A stretch of DNA of 64,000 bases from an uncultured Desulfospira sp. (GTDB lineage Bacteria; Desulfobacterota; Desulfobacteria; Desulfobacterales; Desulfobacteraceae): positions 5,536,001-5,600,000 of the forward strand of contig OY760175.1 in the NCBI GenBank assembly GCA_963663165.1, given 5' to 3'. Made by a program: the position numbers and the translations under genes. The stretch's first letter is position 1; each line of letters begins with the position of its first letter. This document shows, in pieces, positions 30,520 to 40,312 of the stretch. Under the pieces are notes generated by a model. It was not told the DNA's origin. It did not search any database and worked only from the letters and a program-made list of their open reading frames with translations.

Positions 30520-30648
30520 GCCAACAGGGAGCTCAGCCGCCCGGAGATTAGAACCGAGGACTTCCCAAAAATTAAATCCTTTTCGAAAACCAAGGGCTTT
30601 CAAAAAAGCCGATAGCTCTCCGGGTCGGCCTGCAGCGTTTTGTTCGGC
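30520..30648 (-). repeat. attC site (type B)
   Basis: GCCGAAC-AAAAC-GCTGCAGG...CTGAGC-TCCCT-GTTGGC. Confidence 0.85.
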
Positions 30649-31001
30649 AAAATTTACTCTCCATTCTTTATTATTGGGACGTTACTCCGTTCTGCAGCCT
30701 CCAATAAGGCTTTGTCAAGTGTGGCAATAGGTAAACCCTTTCTCATAGCAAGGTCCAAATATGATGCATCGTAGCTCGAAAGTTGGTGTTTTCGGGCTAA
30801 TGCGAATATTTCTTTAAGCATCCTTTCAGGAGACTCTTGGTCAACGATAATTGGAAGTTCAGCAAGTAAGGCCATAAAACGTGTGCTGCCTGCTTCATTA
30901 ATTCGTTTTTTCCTCTCGCCCACCAACAACACATTAGTTACCTCTAATGCCCAAATTGAAGGAACAAACGCAGTGTTATACTCAAGTTTATCTAATATTA
31001 T

Positions 31002-32540
31002 CCCTACAACGTGACTTATATTTAATATTATTGTTTTAGGTAACATAATCTGCTACACTCCGCAATATAACTTTTATATAGGAGGTAGAGTATGTTGCCT
31101 GAAATCCGAAAAGATGAGTACCTTTATCCTATCCCCAAATTTGATATCTGTGAAGGGGATGTAAAAAATTTTTTCAATGAACTTAAAGGGTTTCATGAAA
31201 TTTTCCACGACTGTTTTCATCGTTCTGAGTCAAGGGAACATTTTTTCAGGTATATGGCTGGGCAATTTAGTGACCTGGAAAGAAAATCAATTGAACCCAT
31301 TGCTCTGGCCGTTGAAGATGGCAATGTTAGGGCAATGCAGCGTTTTATTAGCGATGCTGAATGGAATGACGCCAATATTATGGCCAAGTATCGTAATCTC
31401 ATAAATGAAGATATGGGGACACCTGATGGCGTTCTTATTTTTGATGAAAGCGGTTTTGTTAAAAAAGGCAATGAATCCATCGGTGTTGCCAGACAATATT
31501 GCGGGAATGTCGGCAAGGTTGAAAACAGCCAAGTGGGTGTTTTTGCAGCCTATGCTTCCCCAAAGGGCTACGGATTGATTGATAAACGACTGTTTATACC
31601 TGAACTATGGTTTAAAGACGATCACAAACAGGGAAGAAAAAAGTGCAAACTGCCTGAGTCTGTTTCGTTTAAGACAAAACCGCAATTGGCTTCCGAAATG
31701 TTGAACGAACTCGCAGAAGAAGCCATCGTGCCGTTTAAGTATGTTACCGCGGATTCATTGTATGGCAACAGTGATGATTTTATTGAAGCTGTTGAGCAAC
31801 ATCCGGATTTGACCTATTTTGTAGAAGTTCCTTGTAATACTCAATGCTGGTTTAACAGACCTATTACCGTTGAAAAAACTTACAAATACAAAGGAGAGCA
31901 GCGTACAAAAATAGTTGTTGAAAAATCCTCCAAAAAGCCGGTCGATGTCAAAACTATCGCAAAAAATATAAATGATTTTTTCTGGTACCGCCGGAAAGTA
32001 TCTGAAGGTACCAAAGGACCTATTGAATATGAATTTACCAAAAGACGAGTGGTACTTTCCAAAGGAAACACGCCTACAAAATCGGTGTGGCTGATCATGA
32101 GGCGAACCCTTGGGAAATCCCCGGATTATAAATTTTTCCTTAGCAATGCCGGGGTTAGTGCCAGATTAAAGCTTTTTGTATGGCTTAGTGGTATTCGTTG
32201 GGCAATTGAACAGTGTTTTGAGGAAACCAAGACTGAACTCGGCATGGATCATTATGAGGTCCGTAAATACCCAGGCTGGAATCATCATATAATAACGTGC
32301 ATGCTTGCACATTTTTTCTTGTGGCACCTGAAAATCAGGATGGGAAAAAAAAGCTCCATCCATTACAGTGTCGCAGCTTAGAATACTAATGGAGGTGGTT
32401 TTGCCATTGAGACCTTGTCGTTTTCATACCGTTATGCAATCGGTTTTGTATTACCAAAGGCGCAATCACGCTGCATATCTATCGCATCGAAAAAGGAGGC
32501 TTCTTGATAGAAAGAATACGCACTAAGTTACGTTGTAGGG
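31002..32540 (+). mobile_element. IS701-family IS, copy 1
   Basis: TIR CCCTACAACGTGACTTA (16/17); 4-bp TSD TTAT. Confidence 0.92.
31092..32381 (+). CDS. IS701-family transposase
   Basis: IFDESGFVKKG, GVARQYCG, TADSLYG, RWAIEQCFEETKTELGMDHYEVR. Confidence 0.92.
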   Translation: MLPEIRKDEYLYPIPKFDICEGDVKNFFNELKGFHEIFHDCFHRSESREHFFRYMAGQFSDLERKSIEPIALAVEDGNVRAMQRFISDAEWNDANIMAKYRNLINEDMGTPDGVLIFDESGFVKKGNESIGVARQYCGNVGKVENSQVGVFAAYASPKGYGLIDKRLFIPELWFKDDHKQGRKKCKLPESVSFKTKPQLASEMLNELAEEAIVPFKYVTADSLYGNSDDFIEAVEQHPDLTYFVEVPCNTQCWFNRPITVEKTYKYKGEQRTKIVVEKSSKKPVDVKTIAKNINDFFWYRRKVSEGTKGPIEYEFTKRRVVLSKGNTPTKSVWLIMRRTLGKSPDYKFFLSNAGVSARLKLFVWLSGIRWAIEQCFEETKTELGMDHYEVRKYPGWNHHIITCMLAHFFLWHLKIRMGKKSSIHYSVAA

Positions 32541-32768
32541 TTATGTAGCGTGTTTGATTATGTTGTGAGTTTTATTCATTTTTATTCAAAAAGATTTTTC
32601 AAATCTTTCATTTTATTCGTATAATTCCAAATCATATGCATAGAAAAAGCCCGGAGTAGCCCCTCCGGGCTTTGATTGTGAACTCCCGTCGATAGCCGGA
32701 GAAGCCCACACACACAGTTATATTTCTATATCATTTTCCGGTTATCTGCAATACCGGAAAAATCTAAA

Positions 32769-33155
32769 ATGCTTTTAATTCCAAATACATGCCGATGGTG
32801 CCATTTCGTATTTTTTGTTTGCAGGTTCTGCTGGAGAGGGCAGGCCTATTGTTGCAGGGACTGCCGTAAGGCCGGAATCCTCAGAAACAAAAGAGAAGCA
32901 CAGCGACGATACCGCCAGACCGAGAAGGGGAAAAGACGGCATCGGGAAGCCGAGAACCGGCGTCGGCATCGAAAAAAAATTCAAGAGACAAAAAACATGG
33001 ATGATACAGCTTCCACAGTGCTGCCTGCTTGGTGTAGGACAATAATATTGTGGATTTTGTTTCAGATTCAGGGCCTTCCAATCAAACCATATTGTCAGTT
33101 CTGCGGCTCTTCAGGTCAAGTCGTCACACAATTTCCCCGGCGGGGATATGGATAA
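32769..33155 (+). CDS. Cys-rich Zn-finger protein
   Basis: CRWC...VCRFCWRGQAYCCRDC...YRQTEKGK...CQFCG...QFPRRGYG. Confidence 0.7.
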   Translation: MLLIPNTCRWCHFVFFVCRFCWRGQAYCCRDCRKAGILRNKREAQRRYRQTEKGKRRHREAENRRRHRKKIQETKNMDDTASTVLPAWCRTIILWILFQIQGLPIKPYCQFCGSSGQVVTQFPRRGYG

Positions 33156-33588
33156 ACGTAAAAACTGGAGGCGCGGCATGGTAAAAAAAGAAATCCTGAA
33201 CCCTTCAAGGGTGCGTTGTATCAAAGGAGGATTTAGTTTTATCCCCCATCGGTTTCTTACGGGTGGATTTTTGCGAGCATTAAGCCGGGACGAGTTGTTA
33301 TTGTATTTTTTCCTGGTTCTGGCCGGTGACCGCAACGGATTAAGTTTTTACAGTTATGATAAAATATGCACCCTGCTAAAAATGCAACTGGACCAGTACA
33401 TTGAAGCTCGGGATGGATTGATGGAAAATGATCTGATTGCCTTTGACGGCACCATTTACCAGGTGCTTTCCTTACCGGCCAACCTTATACAATCTGCTGT
33501 ACAAAAAAAATCTTCCCTGAACAGCCGTCAACCTGAATCAGTTGGAAAAATTTTGAGCAAACTGGTTATGGAGGCCGATCATGGTTGA
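33148..33588 (+). CDS. wHTH/replication-initiator-like hypothetical protein
   Basis: RVRCIKGGFSFIPHRF...LYFFLVLAGDRNGLSFYSYDKIC. Confidence 0.7.
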   Translation: MDKRKNWRRGMVKKEILNPSRVRCIKGGFSFIPHRFLTGGFLRALSRDELLLYFFLVLAGDRNGLSFYSYDKICTLLKMQLDQYIEARDGLMENDLIAFDGTIYQVLSLPANLIQSAVQKKSSLNSRQPESVGKILSKLVMEADHG

Positions 33589-34498
33589 GCAGACACCCAA
33601 AAGTCCGCCCGGTTATGATCTGGATCAGATCCGCCGGGATTATCTGGACCATATGCTTAAAATCAAGGAAAGCTCTCCTTCTCAAACCTGTTGCAGGACC
33701 AAAATTATCAAAGCGTTTGACAGTTATCTGCAAACATCGGGAGTCTCACTGGTCAATATAAACATAGGGCATGTTGATGATTTTCTGGCAAGGTTCAATG
33801 CCCCATATGCAAAGAGTACCCAGGGGGTATACCGTTCCTGTTTTCGAGGCTTTTTGCACTACCTGTATAATGAACGGCATTTGATCCAACAGAATTTAGC
33901 CCCGCTTGTGACCGGTCCGCCAATGTTTGCTCAAGTCAAGCCTCCTAAATTTTTAAGACCCGGTGAAGTCCGTCAGTTATTTGATCATTTGCCCTGTGCA
34001 ACATCCAAAGAGCTTCGTGTCTATGCACAGGTTCACCTGGCTTATTATCTTGGATTGCGCCCCATTGAAATCAGCCGCCTTACTCTGGACGATATCTGTT
34101 TTGCCAAAGGACTGCTAAACCTGGAAAACACAAAAAATGCAAAGCCCCTTCAATTGCCCATTCCCGATGAAGTTATCAAAGCAATCACCGCTTATATCGT
34201 TGGAGGCAGGCCTAAAAGTCAGTCTCGCTCTCTTTTTTTAACCAGCCATTGCCCACCTTACAGAGCTGTAAGTGCCTGGCTCACCAGGCACGATTTAACA
34301 AAGGCGTTGCGGGCTGCCGGTCTTCCCGGTACAGGATATTGGCTGCGCCACACCTTTGCACAAAACATGCTGGAAGCAGGTGCCGGCATTTTTGAAATCA
34401 AAGAAATGATGGGGCATTCCATCATTGATTCCACAAAAGTATATCTAAGTATCCACAAGGAATTGATGCGCCGGGTGTTGTTCGATGAAACCGTTTAA
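33581..34498 (+). CDS. RIT tyrosine recombinase A
   Basis: LGLRPIE, LRHTFA, MGH...TKVY. Confidence 0.88.
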   Translation: MVEQTPKSPPGYDLDQIRRDYLDHMLKIKESSPSQTCCRTKIIKAFDSYLQTSGVSLVNINIGHVDDFLARFNAPYAKSTQGVYRSCFRGFLHYLYNERHLIQQNLAPLVTGPPMFAQVKPPKFLRPGEVRQLFDHLPCATSKELRVYAQVHLAYYLGLRPIEISRLTLDDICFAKGLLNLENTKNAKPLQLPIPDEVIKAITAYIVGGRPKSQSRSLFLTSHCPPYRAVSAWLTRHDLTKALRAAGLPGTGYWLRHTFAQNMLEAGAGIFEIKEMMGHSIIDSTKVYLSIHKELMRRVLFDETV

Positions 34499-35459
34499 AA
34501 GCTTTTTGGCCACAGAGATGGAAAACTTTATTGTTTACCGGCAAGGACTGGGATACAGTTGCCATATGCTCCGGTGGGCCTTGCTTACCTTTGACGATTT
34601 TTTAATGAGGCAGCCGGATCTCTCAGACATTTGGATGCCCCATTTTTATATCACCTTTAAAAATGAGATTGGCCTTGAGCCCTCCGGCGTAGCCAGCATT
34701 CTAAATGTAGTTCGAGGCTTTTTTGATTATCTGAAACGGCAGCGGATAAATCTTGATAACCCTTTGAAAGATGTGACCGCTCCGGCCCGGCGCACCTTCA
34801 TCCCCTTTATATTCTCACCGGAGCAGGTAGAAATGTTACTGGGGGTGGTATGCGGACGGATCCGGCAAACCCCTATGCGGTTCCTTAAAGATTACAGTGA
34901 ATATCTGGTGATCCTTCTGCTTGCCCGCTGTGGGCTGAGGATGAATGAACCCTTGCGCCTGAGATTGAAAAATTACCGGCCGGATGAAAAGACGATTTAC
35001 ATAGAGAAAACCAAGTTCAAAAAGGACCGTCTTATCCCTATTCCAAAATCAACTGCCATGCAGATTGACAACTATCTTTTAACCAGGGCCGCTTTAATTG
35101 AAAACGATATGAATCCCTACCTGTTCATGGGGATAGGGGAAAACGGCTTGAACGATAACCGTATTCGCTCTGTTTTTCACGATGCTGTGCGTCAAATCGG
35201 GATCCGCCGCCCAAGGAAAATTATCGGCGACACGACCTTTGGGAAGCCCACTCCGCACTGTTTACGGCACTCTTTTGCCATTAACACCTTGAAGGCAGCC
35301 ATTGCCCGGAAACAATCACCCCGGAATGTGCTGCCGGTGCTTGCCGGCTATATGGGTCATGTTGAGTATAAATACACCATGGAATATTTGAAAGCAGTTG
35401 ATGCTGAAAGCCGCGACAGCCTGTTCAAATTTACCACCGGCAGAAGGGATGAATCATGA
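34485..35459 (+). CDS. RIT tyrosine recombinase B
   Basis: CGLRMNE, TKFKKDR, HCLRHSFA, LAGYMGH...TMEY. Confidence 0.9.
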   Translation: MKPFKSFLATEMENFIVYRQGLGYSCHMLRWALLTFDDFLMRQPDLSDIWMPHFYITFKNEIGLEPSGVASILNVVRGFFDYLKRQRINLDNPLKDVTAPARRTFIPFIFSPEQVEMLLGVVCGRIRQTPMRFLKDYSEYLVILLLARCGLRMNEPLRLRLKNYRPDEKTIYIEKTKFKKDRLIPIPKSTAMQIDNYLLTRAALIENDMNPYLFMGIGENGLNDNRIRSVFHDAVRQIGIRRPRKIIGDTTFGKPTPHCLRHSFAINTLKAAIARKQSPRNVLPVLAGYMGHVEYKYTMEYLKAVDAESRDSLFKFTTGRRDES

Positions 35460-36475
35460 ACCTGACCCGTTGCGTTGTTCAATTTTTTGACCAATACCTG
35501 CCTTATGTCAAAGGGTGCCGCCCCAATACGATCAAAAGTTACCGGGATACCATGCGCTTTTTTTTACCGTTTGCTGCCGAATACCACAGCGTAAAGGTCA
35601 GTTCGCTCAATCTGGAACATATCACGGTAGAATTAATTTTGCAGTTTCTCAATGAGCTTGAATCCAAACGGTCCAACACGGCTAAAACCCGGAACCAGCG
35701 CCTGGCCGTTTTAAAGTCTTTTGCCAAAATGATCCGTTTTATTTATCCCGAGCAACAAAAACTGACCAATGCGATCCTTGATATTCCCCGGAAACGAAGC
35801 CAACACAAGTTGATCGGATTTTTGTATCCCCAGGAGATCAATCAAATCCTTAATGCGGTCCAACTTAAAAGAAAGGACGGGTTCCGAGATTATACCCTTC
35901 TGTATCTATTATATGATACCGGTGCCAGGGCAACGGAAATCGCTACCCTTGAGATGGATTATTTTGATTATGAAAATCAAACTCTGGCGATTCTTGGGAA
36001 GGGTAACCGATATCGACAAGTTCAGTTGCTTGGGAAAACAGTAGAGCTTATGCATCAGTATATTGAAGAACATCGCAATACGCCAATCCATCCGTTTAAA
36101 AAAAGGCTGTTCATCAACCAAAGAGGAACAAGCTTGACCCGCCACGGTATCAACCGGATCTGTAAAAACTACCTTGAACAGGCTTTACCGGCAAAGCGGA
36201 CAGCGACCATGCACCCCGTCCATAGCTTCCGTCATTCGTGTGCCGTTCGAATGCTCTCAGAGGATCGGCCTTTATCTGAAATTAAGAATCGCTTGGGGCA
36301 TTCTAATGTCAAATCCACAATGGTTTACTTAAAGCTTGATCTAGGCCAGAAGCGACATTTACAAGAGAACTTCATCCAGTTCACCAAACAGCACCTGAAA
36401 TCTGATCCGAAAATTGAGGAGTTGATCCAGTGGGAAAACAAGCAAAACGTTCTTGAGTGGCTGGATAGTCTATAG
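35456..36475 (+). CDS. RIT tyrosine recombinase C
   Basis: NTIKSYRD, TRNQRLA, TGARATE, HSFRHS, LGH...TMVY. Confidence 0.9.
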   Translation: MNLTRCVVQFFDQYLPYVKGCRPNTIKSYRDTMRFFLPFAAEYHSVKVSSLNLEHITVELILQFLNELESKRSNTAKTRNQRLAVLKSFAKMIRFIYPEQQKLTNAILDIPRKRSQHKLIGFLYPQEINQILNAVQLKRKDGFRDYTLLYLLYDTGARATEIATLEMDYFDYENQTLAILGKGNRYRQVQLLGKTVELMHQYIEEHRNTPIHPFKKRLFINQRGTSLTRHGINRICKNYLEQALPAKRTATMHPVHSFRHSCAVRMLSEDRPLSEIKNRLGHSNVKSTMVYLKLDLGQKRHLQENFIQFTKQHLKSDPKIEELIQWENKQNVLEWLDSL

Positions 36476-36746
36476 ATCCTTACAGACTTCATCACCAGCA
36501 CTCCTCAGGGCAAACTGTAGCTGTTTATTATGTTTAGTGATTTGTTGCAAATTTGTCATACCCTTGATAACCAACTGTTTATTTGAACGATTTTGACTTA
36601 CGGCATTACGGCGCCCAAACCACGGTCAATCAAGGCTTCAGGACCGCTCGCAACATAACTCCAATAAAATCAGAATACTGACTGCTTTCATCTTTAAAAC
36701 ACCAAGTCATAACAACAGAATTGTCAACAACAAAATCATTACCCAT

Positions 36747-36986
36747 TTATGCTCTTCCTTCGTCTATCATATCTCTAATTGAAAGGCCTTTAAGAGCATG
36801 TTTTTCACGAAATCTACGTAATTCAGCTATTACCTTTTTAGGCTCAGTCTTTTTTGAATGCATTGGTGGTTGTAGAACAGCCACTGGAATCCCGTGTTTT
36901 GTAATAGTAATTCGTTCTCCCTTAGATACTCTATCAAGTAGTTTTGGAAGATGTGTCTTGGCCTCATATGCACCAATTATTTCCAT
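36747..36986 (-). CDS. Phd/YefM antitoxin (cassette)
   Basis: IGAYEAKTHLPKLLDRV...ITITKHGIPVA. Confidence 0.9.
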   Translation of the reverse strand: MEIIGAYEAKTHLPKLLDRVSKGERITITKHGIPVAVLQPPMHSKKTEPKKVIAELRRFREKHALKGLSIRDMIDEGRA

Positions 36987-37004
36987 TATGCTCCTCCTTA
37001 AAAA

Positions 37005-37052
37005 TTTAGACTAGTTTAAAACTAGTCTAAATCAGAGTGGTGAATTTGTCAA
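37005..37052 (-). promoter_or_regulatory. sigma70 promoter with overlapping operator palindrome
   Basis: TTGACA-17-TAGACT; perfect inverted repeat TTTAGACTAGTTT-A-AAACTAGTCTAAA over the -10 box. Confidence 0.75.
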
Positions 37053-37100
37053 GCCGGAGCTCATCTATCAATTTTGCATTATTGGGGATACGGTGCAATG

Positions 37101-39411
37101 ATCGGGTAGGTCGGGGGCTTTACAGCCCCTTTCCCCCCTCAGAACCGTACGTGACAGTTTCCCGTCATACGGCTCAAGCATTTCTAAGGCTGAGCCTTGC
37201 GGGGCCGCCCGGCTGTTTTCTCTTGCCAATGCTGAAATTTACAGTTATTTCATTACATATTTTCTCGGCCGCTGTGACAGGGATCACCTTTGGTTTCACC
37301 CGTCTTGCCCGGAAGTATTGTTGATGTTCCGGGTCAAAAGGATTTGCATCGCTTTTGATTTTGATGTGCCGTTGGATATGTATGCTGTGCGCTTTGATGA
37401 GTTCGGATGTTCTCGGGTTGCCGTTTTTATCTTTGACCACCGTTGAGAACCGCCCCGGTTTTGAGCCCTTTGACCAGTACGTCTTTTTCAACCATTGGAT
37501 GCTTTTATTCCGGTGACGTCGTTTCACCCATTGCCACGCTTCATTCCATATGTACCCGTCAACATAGCTGAAAGTTTTTGCTGAGACAACATGTTTGTGA
37601 TAGTTCGCCCAACCCCTTATTTTCATGTTAAGATCATGAATCAGAGCCTCGGCTTTCGATCCCCGGTGCTTCCTGAACGTCTCGTGGATTTTATCCATGA
37701 AGGCCTGCACATTTTTCCTGGATGGTTTAATGAGCAGTTTGCCGTCATACTTACGAACGTTTTGGCCCAGAAAATCGAATCCCCGGTCAATTCGGGTAAT
37801 CAGGGTCTTTTCTTCAGACAGGGATAGATCCCGTTCCGAGAGAAATCTGATTATGGCCGGTTTGACCTTGTCTTCAAGAAGTTCCCGGGTTGCACCGGTA
37901 ATAATGAAATCATCAGCATACCGGATGACGTTGATTTTGGAACTGATGTCCTTACCGTTGCGTCTGTCCCTGACAGGGGCAACAGATCCGGCAGTCCCTT
38001 CAATGCCGTCCAGAACCATGTTGGCCAGTGTGGGAGAGGCAATGCCGCCTTGCGGTGTTCCCCGGCCTGTTGGAAAGAATTTACCGTCCTCCATAAACCC
38101 GGAAGCCAGCCATTTGGTAAGGATCATCTTATCCATAGGGATATGGTCGATCATCCAGTCATGGCTGATTTCATCAAAGCAGGCTTTAATATCCGCTTCA
38201 AGTATCCAGACCGGCGAGGTTTTCTTGGCCAGTGTATTAAAGCATTGGGATATGGCGTCCGCACATCGCCTGTATGACCTGAATCCGTATGAATTGTGGT
38301 CGGCCAGTGTTTCTGCTATCGGCTCCAATGCCAGTTTATACAATGCCTGAACAGCCCTGTCGATCATTGTGGGAATACTTAACGGACGTTTCTTGCCGTT
38401 CTTTTTGGGAATATAGATCCGCCTGAGCGGTGATGGCTGGTATCCTCTCCGTTTGAGGTTGCCTGCTGCCTGGAATTTCTGCCTGGCGGTTTTCCAGGTG
38501 ACGTTGTCGACACCCGGAGTGCGTTTCCCTTTATTGGAGGTCACGCGTTTTACAGCTAACAGCTTTGCCTGGTAAGAGTGGGTCAGAAGCCACTGGAGGG
38601 CCTTGGCCCGTCTGTATCTTCCTTCTTTCACAGCCTTTGCGATACGCATTTGCAGTCTTTTAACAGCTTCATAAATGGCTTTCCAATGAATGGACTTCCA
38701 ATTCCTGAAACTGCCGATGGGCGCACCAGCTGTTGCCGTCATTTGCCTTCCCATCTTCAAAGATTCTCCAGACTATCTCGCAAAGAAACACCTGCCCGGG
38801 TGTGCCTGTAGTCACACCCGCCGGACGTCAGCTCCCTTTCGGGCCGGATAATGTTGAAGGTCAGTAGATCCATCTCAATCCGTATCCACCTCATTACAAG
38901 ACGGCATTCGCTTCTTCCTGCATCTTATTCCCGCACCCCCATCAGTGTGCCTTGCGGTTTCACCTGCCGAATGTTCCCGGCGAAGATACGGGGTTTCCAC
39001 GTTCCGCATTATTGCCAATTAGTGGATGACTTAGGTCCGCCCTCTGCACCGGCGGCGCAACATCTCACGCGGCAGTTGAGAAACCTGCATCCTGACCGCT
39101 CACCTTTTGGTCCCAGCTTACCAGCCTCTTTAGCTTGTTCTCCCTGACGGTACTTACGGAACATTCAACTACTTTGACCATATCATCCAAACCCTTGCCC
39201 TCACCCGGAATGAGGCTTCCAGGAGGGTATCCGCCTCACGGCTTCCACCCCTTCCGCAGTTGCGGAATTCGGTACGTTGTCGGTTGGGCTTCACACCGTT
39301 GCCGGATGCACCGACCACCGCATGCCACCTAGGGTACCGGCAGGAGAATGCCGGGTTTGGTCAGGACCGACTGGCCCGCCAAACAGCCAATAATGCGACT
39401 TCGTGTCGCAC
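37101..39411 (-). mobile_element. Full-length group II intron (copy C)
   Basis: 5' GTGCG; D5 GAGCCGTATGACGGGAAACTGTCACGTACGGTTC; D6 ending CCTACCCGAT; RT ORF inside. Confidence 0.93.
37174..38760 (-). CDS. ltrA: Group II intron reverse transcriptase/maturase, no HNH domain
   Basis: RLQMRIAKA, TPGVD, GTPQGG, RYADDF, GFDFLG, IRGWANY. Confidence 0.95.
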   Translation of the reverse strand: MKMGRQMTATAGAPIGSFRNWKSIHWKAIYEAVKRLQMRIAKAVKEGRYRRAKALQWLLTHSYQAKLLAVKRVTSNKGKRTPGVDNVTWKTARQKFQAAGNLKRRGYQPSPLRRIYIPKKNGKKRPLSIPTMIDRAVQALYKLALEPIAETLADHNSYGFRSYRRCADAISQCFNTLAKKTSPVWILEADIKACFDEISHDWMIDHIPMDKMILTKWLASGFMEDGKFFPTGRGTPQGGIASPTLANMVLDGIEGTAGSVAPVRDRRNGKDISSKINVIRYADDFIITGATRELLEDKVKPAIIRFLSERDLSLSEEKTLITRIDRGFDFLGQNVRKYDGKLLIKPSRKNVQAFMDKIHETFRKHRGSKAEALIHDLNMKIRGWANYHKHVVSAKTFSYVDGYIWNEAWQWVKRRHRNKSIQWLKKTYWSKGSKPGRFSTVVKDKNGNPRTSELIKAHSIHIQRHIKIKSDANPFDPEHQQYFRARRVKPKVIPVTAAEKICNEITVNFSIGKRKQPGGPARLSLRNA

Positions 39412-39539
39412 CCTAACGGGGAGCTCAGCCGCCCGGAGACTATAACCGAGGACTTCCCCAAAATTAAATTCTTTTCAGAAACCGAGGTTTTTCGAAAAGC
39501 CGCTATCTCTCCGGGTCGGCCTGCAGCGTTTTGTTAGCC
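39412..39539 (-). repeat. attC site (type B)
   Basis: GGCTAAC-AAAAC-GCTGCAGG...CTGAGC-TCCCC-GTTAGG. Confidence 0.88.
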
Positions 39540-39541
39540 TT

Positions 39542-39856
39542 TTATAAATTAAGTGCAAATTCAATAGCTTTTCCAACCTGCCCCATTTTTCTTTTGGACA
39601 GCGAAGTAATTAATGCGCCAATTTTCCCTTTTGAAACAGTTTGTATATGATCACAGTTTACAGCACAGTCATTTTTCATAAAATTTTCAATTTTAGAAAG
39701 AAATACTTCTGATGGAATGTCTCTTATCGTACTCGTAATAGGGGCTACAGTAACTTCGCCAAGATACTCTATTATTGAGTCACGGGTTAGAATTAAGACA
39801 GGTCTCTTTTTGTCCGGTTTCGCAAATTTATACCAACGTATTTCACCACGCTTCAT
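39542..39856 (-). CDS. MazF/PemK toxin (cassette)
   Basis: MKRGEIRW...KKRPVLIL...VAPITS...CDHIQTVSK. Confidence 0.9.
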   Translation of the reverse strand: MKRGEIRWYKFAKPDKKRPVLILTRDSIIEYLGEVTVAPITSTIRDIPSEVFLSKIENFMKNDCAVNCDHIQTVSKGKIGALITSLSKRKMGQVGKAIEFALNL

Positions 39857-40086
39857 TAGTCGCACCAAGCCTGCTCGTCTTCCCATTCAATGAATTCATC
39901 AGGTGTTACAGGATGACGTAGATATCCCTCTTTATGTTTAAGCTCCAACTGCTCAAGTTTATAATTTTTGATAGCATCGCGTAAGGCCTTTCTTGTAAAA
40001 GCTGAGCGGTTGGTGCTAAGCGCTTTAGATATCTGATCGACAGTTGCAACGAGATCTTCGTCAAGTGTCATTTGTATGGTTTTCAT
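39856..40086 (-). CDS. RHH/CopG antitoxin
   Basis: MKTIQMTLDEDLV...NRSAFTRKAL; own promoter TTGACG-17-TATTAT at 40149-40121. Confidence 0.85.
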   Translation of the reverse strand: MKTIQMTLDEDLVATVDQISKALSTNRSAFTRKALRDAIKNYKLEQLELKHKEGYLRHPVTPDEFIEWEDEQAWCD

Positions 40087-40175
40087 AATCGCTCCATATT
40101 TTATGTTGATCTTTATAGCTATAATAACCCACACAAGAACAGGCGTCAAGAAATCAGGATGAGTTTGGTTCTGCA

Positions 40176-40306
40176 CGCTAACGGGGAGCTGAGGGGCCAG
40201 GCTTTTTAAACCCAAAAACTCCCGATAAAAAGATAAATTTTCCTGAACCAGGCACTCCCGAAAGGCCGAGTAGTAAGCCTGGTCCCTCTCCAGCGTTTTG
40301 TTCGGC
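40176..40306 (-). repeat. attC site (type C)
   Basis: GCCGAAC-AAAAC-GCTGGAGAGGGACCAGG...CCTGGCCCCTCAGC-TCCCC-GTTAGCG. Confidence 0.88.
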
Positions 40307-40312
40307 CTCGTT

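Larger units (their letters stand above)
32541..36658 (+). mobile_element. RIT (recombinase-in-trio) element with two upstream accessory genes, copy 1 (4118 bp)
   Basis: Three overlapping tyrosine recombinases; inverted ends TTATGTAGCG/CGCAACATAA; duplicate at 52389. Confidence 0.9.
30654..36746 (-). pseudogene. vapC: VapC/PIN toxin interrupted by RIT and IS701
   Basis: MGNDFVVDNSVVMTWCFKDESSQYSDF (36746-36665) joins ILDKLE...LSSYDASYLDLA...ATLD (below 30998). Confidence 0.85.

Noticed and set aside
30654..31046. 130-aa ORF as an intact VapC
   Set aside because: The N-terminus is IS701 end sequence; the true start is at 36746
37174..38760. RT as a retron, DGR or CRISPR-associated RT
   Set aside because: It is flanked by a canonical group II 5' end and D5/D6 and has a maturase domain; no TR/VR pair or msr-msd is seen
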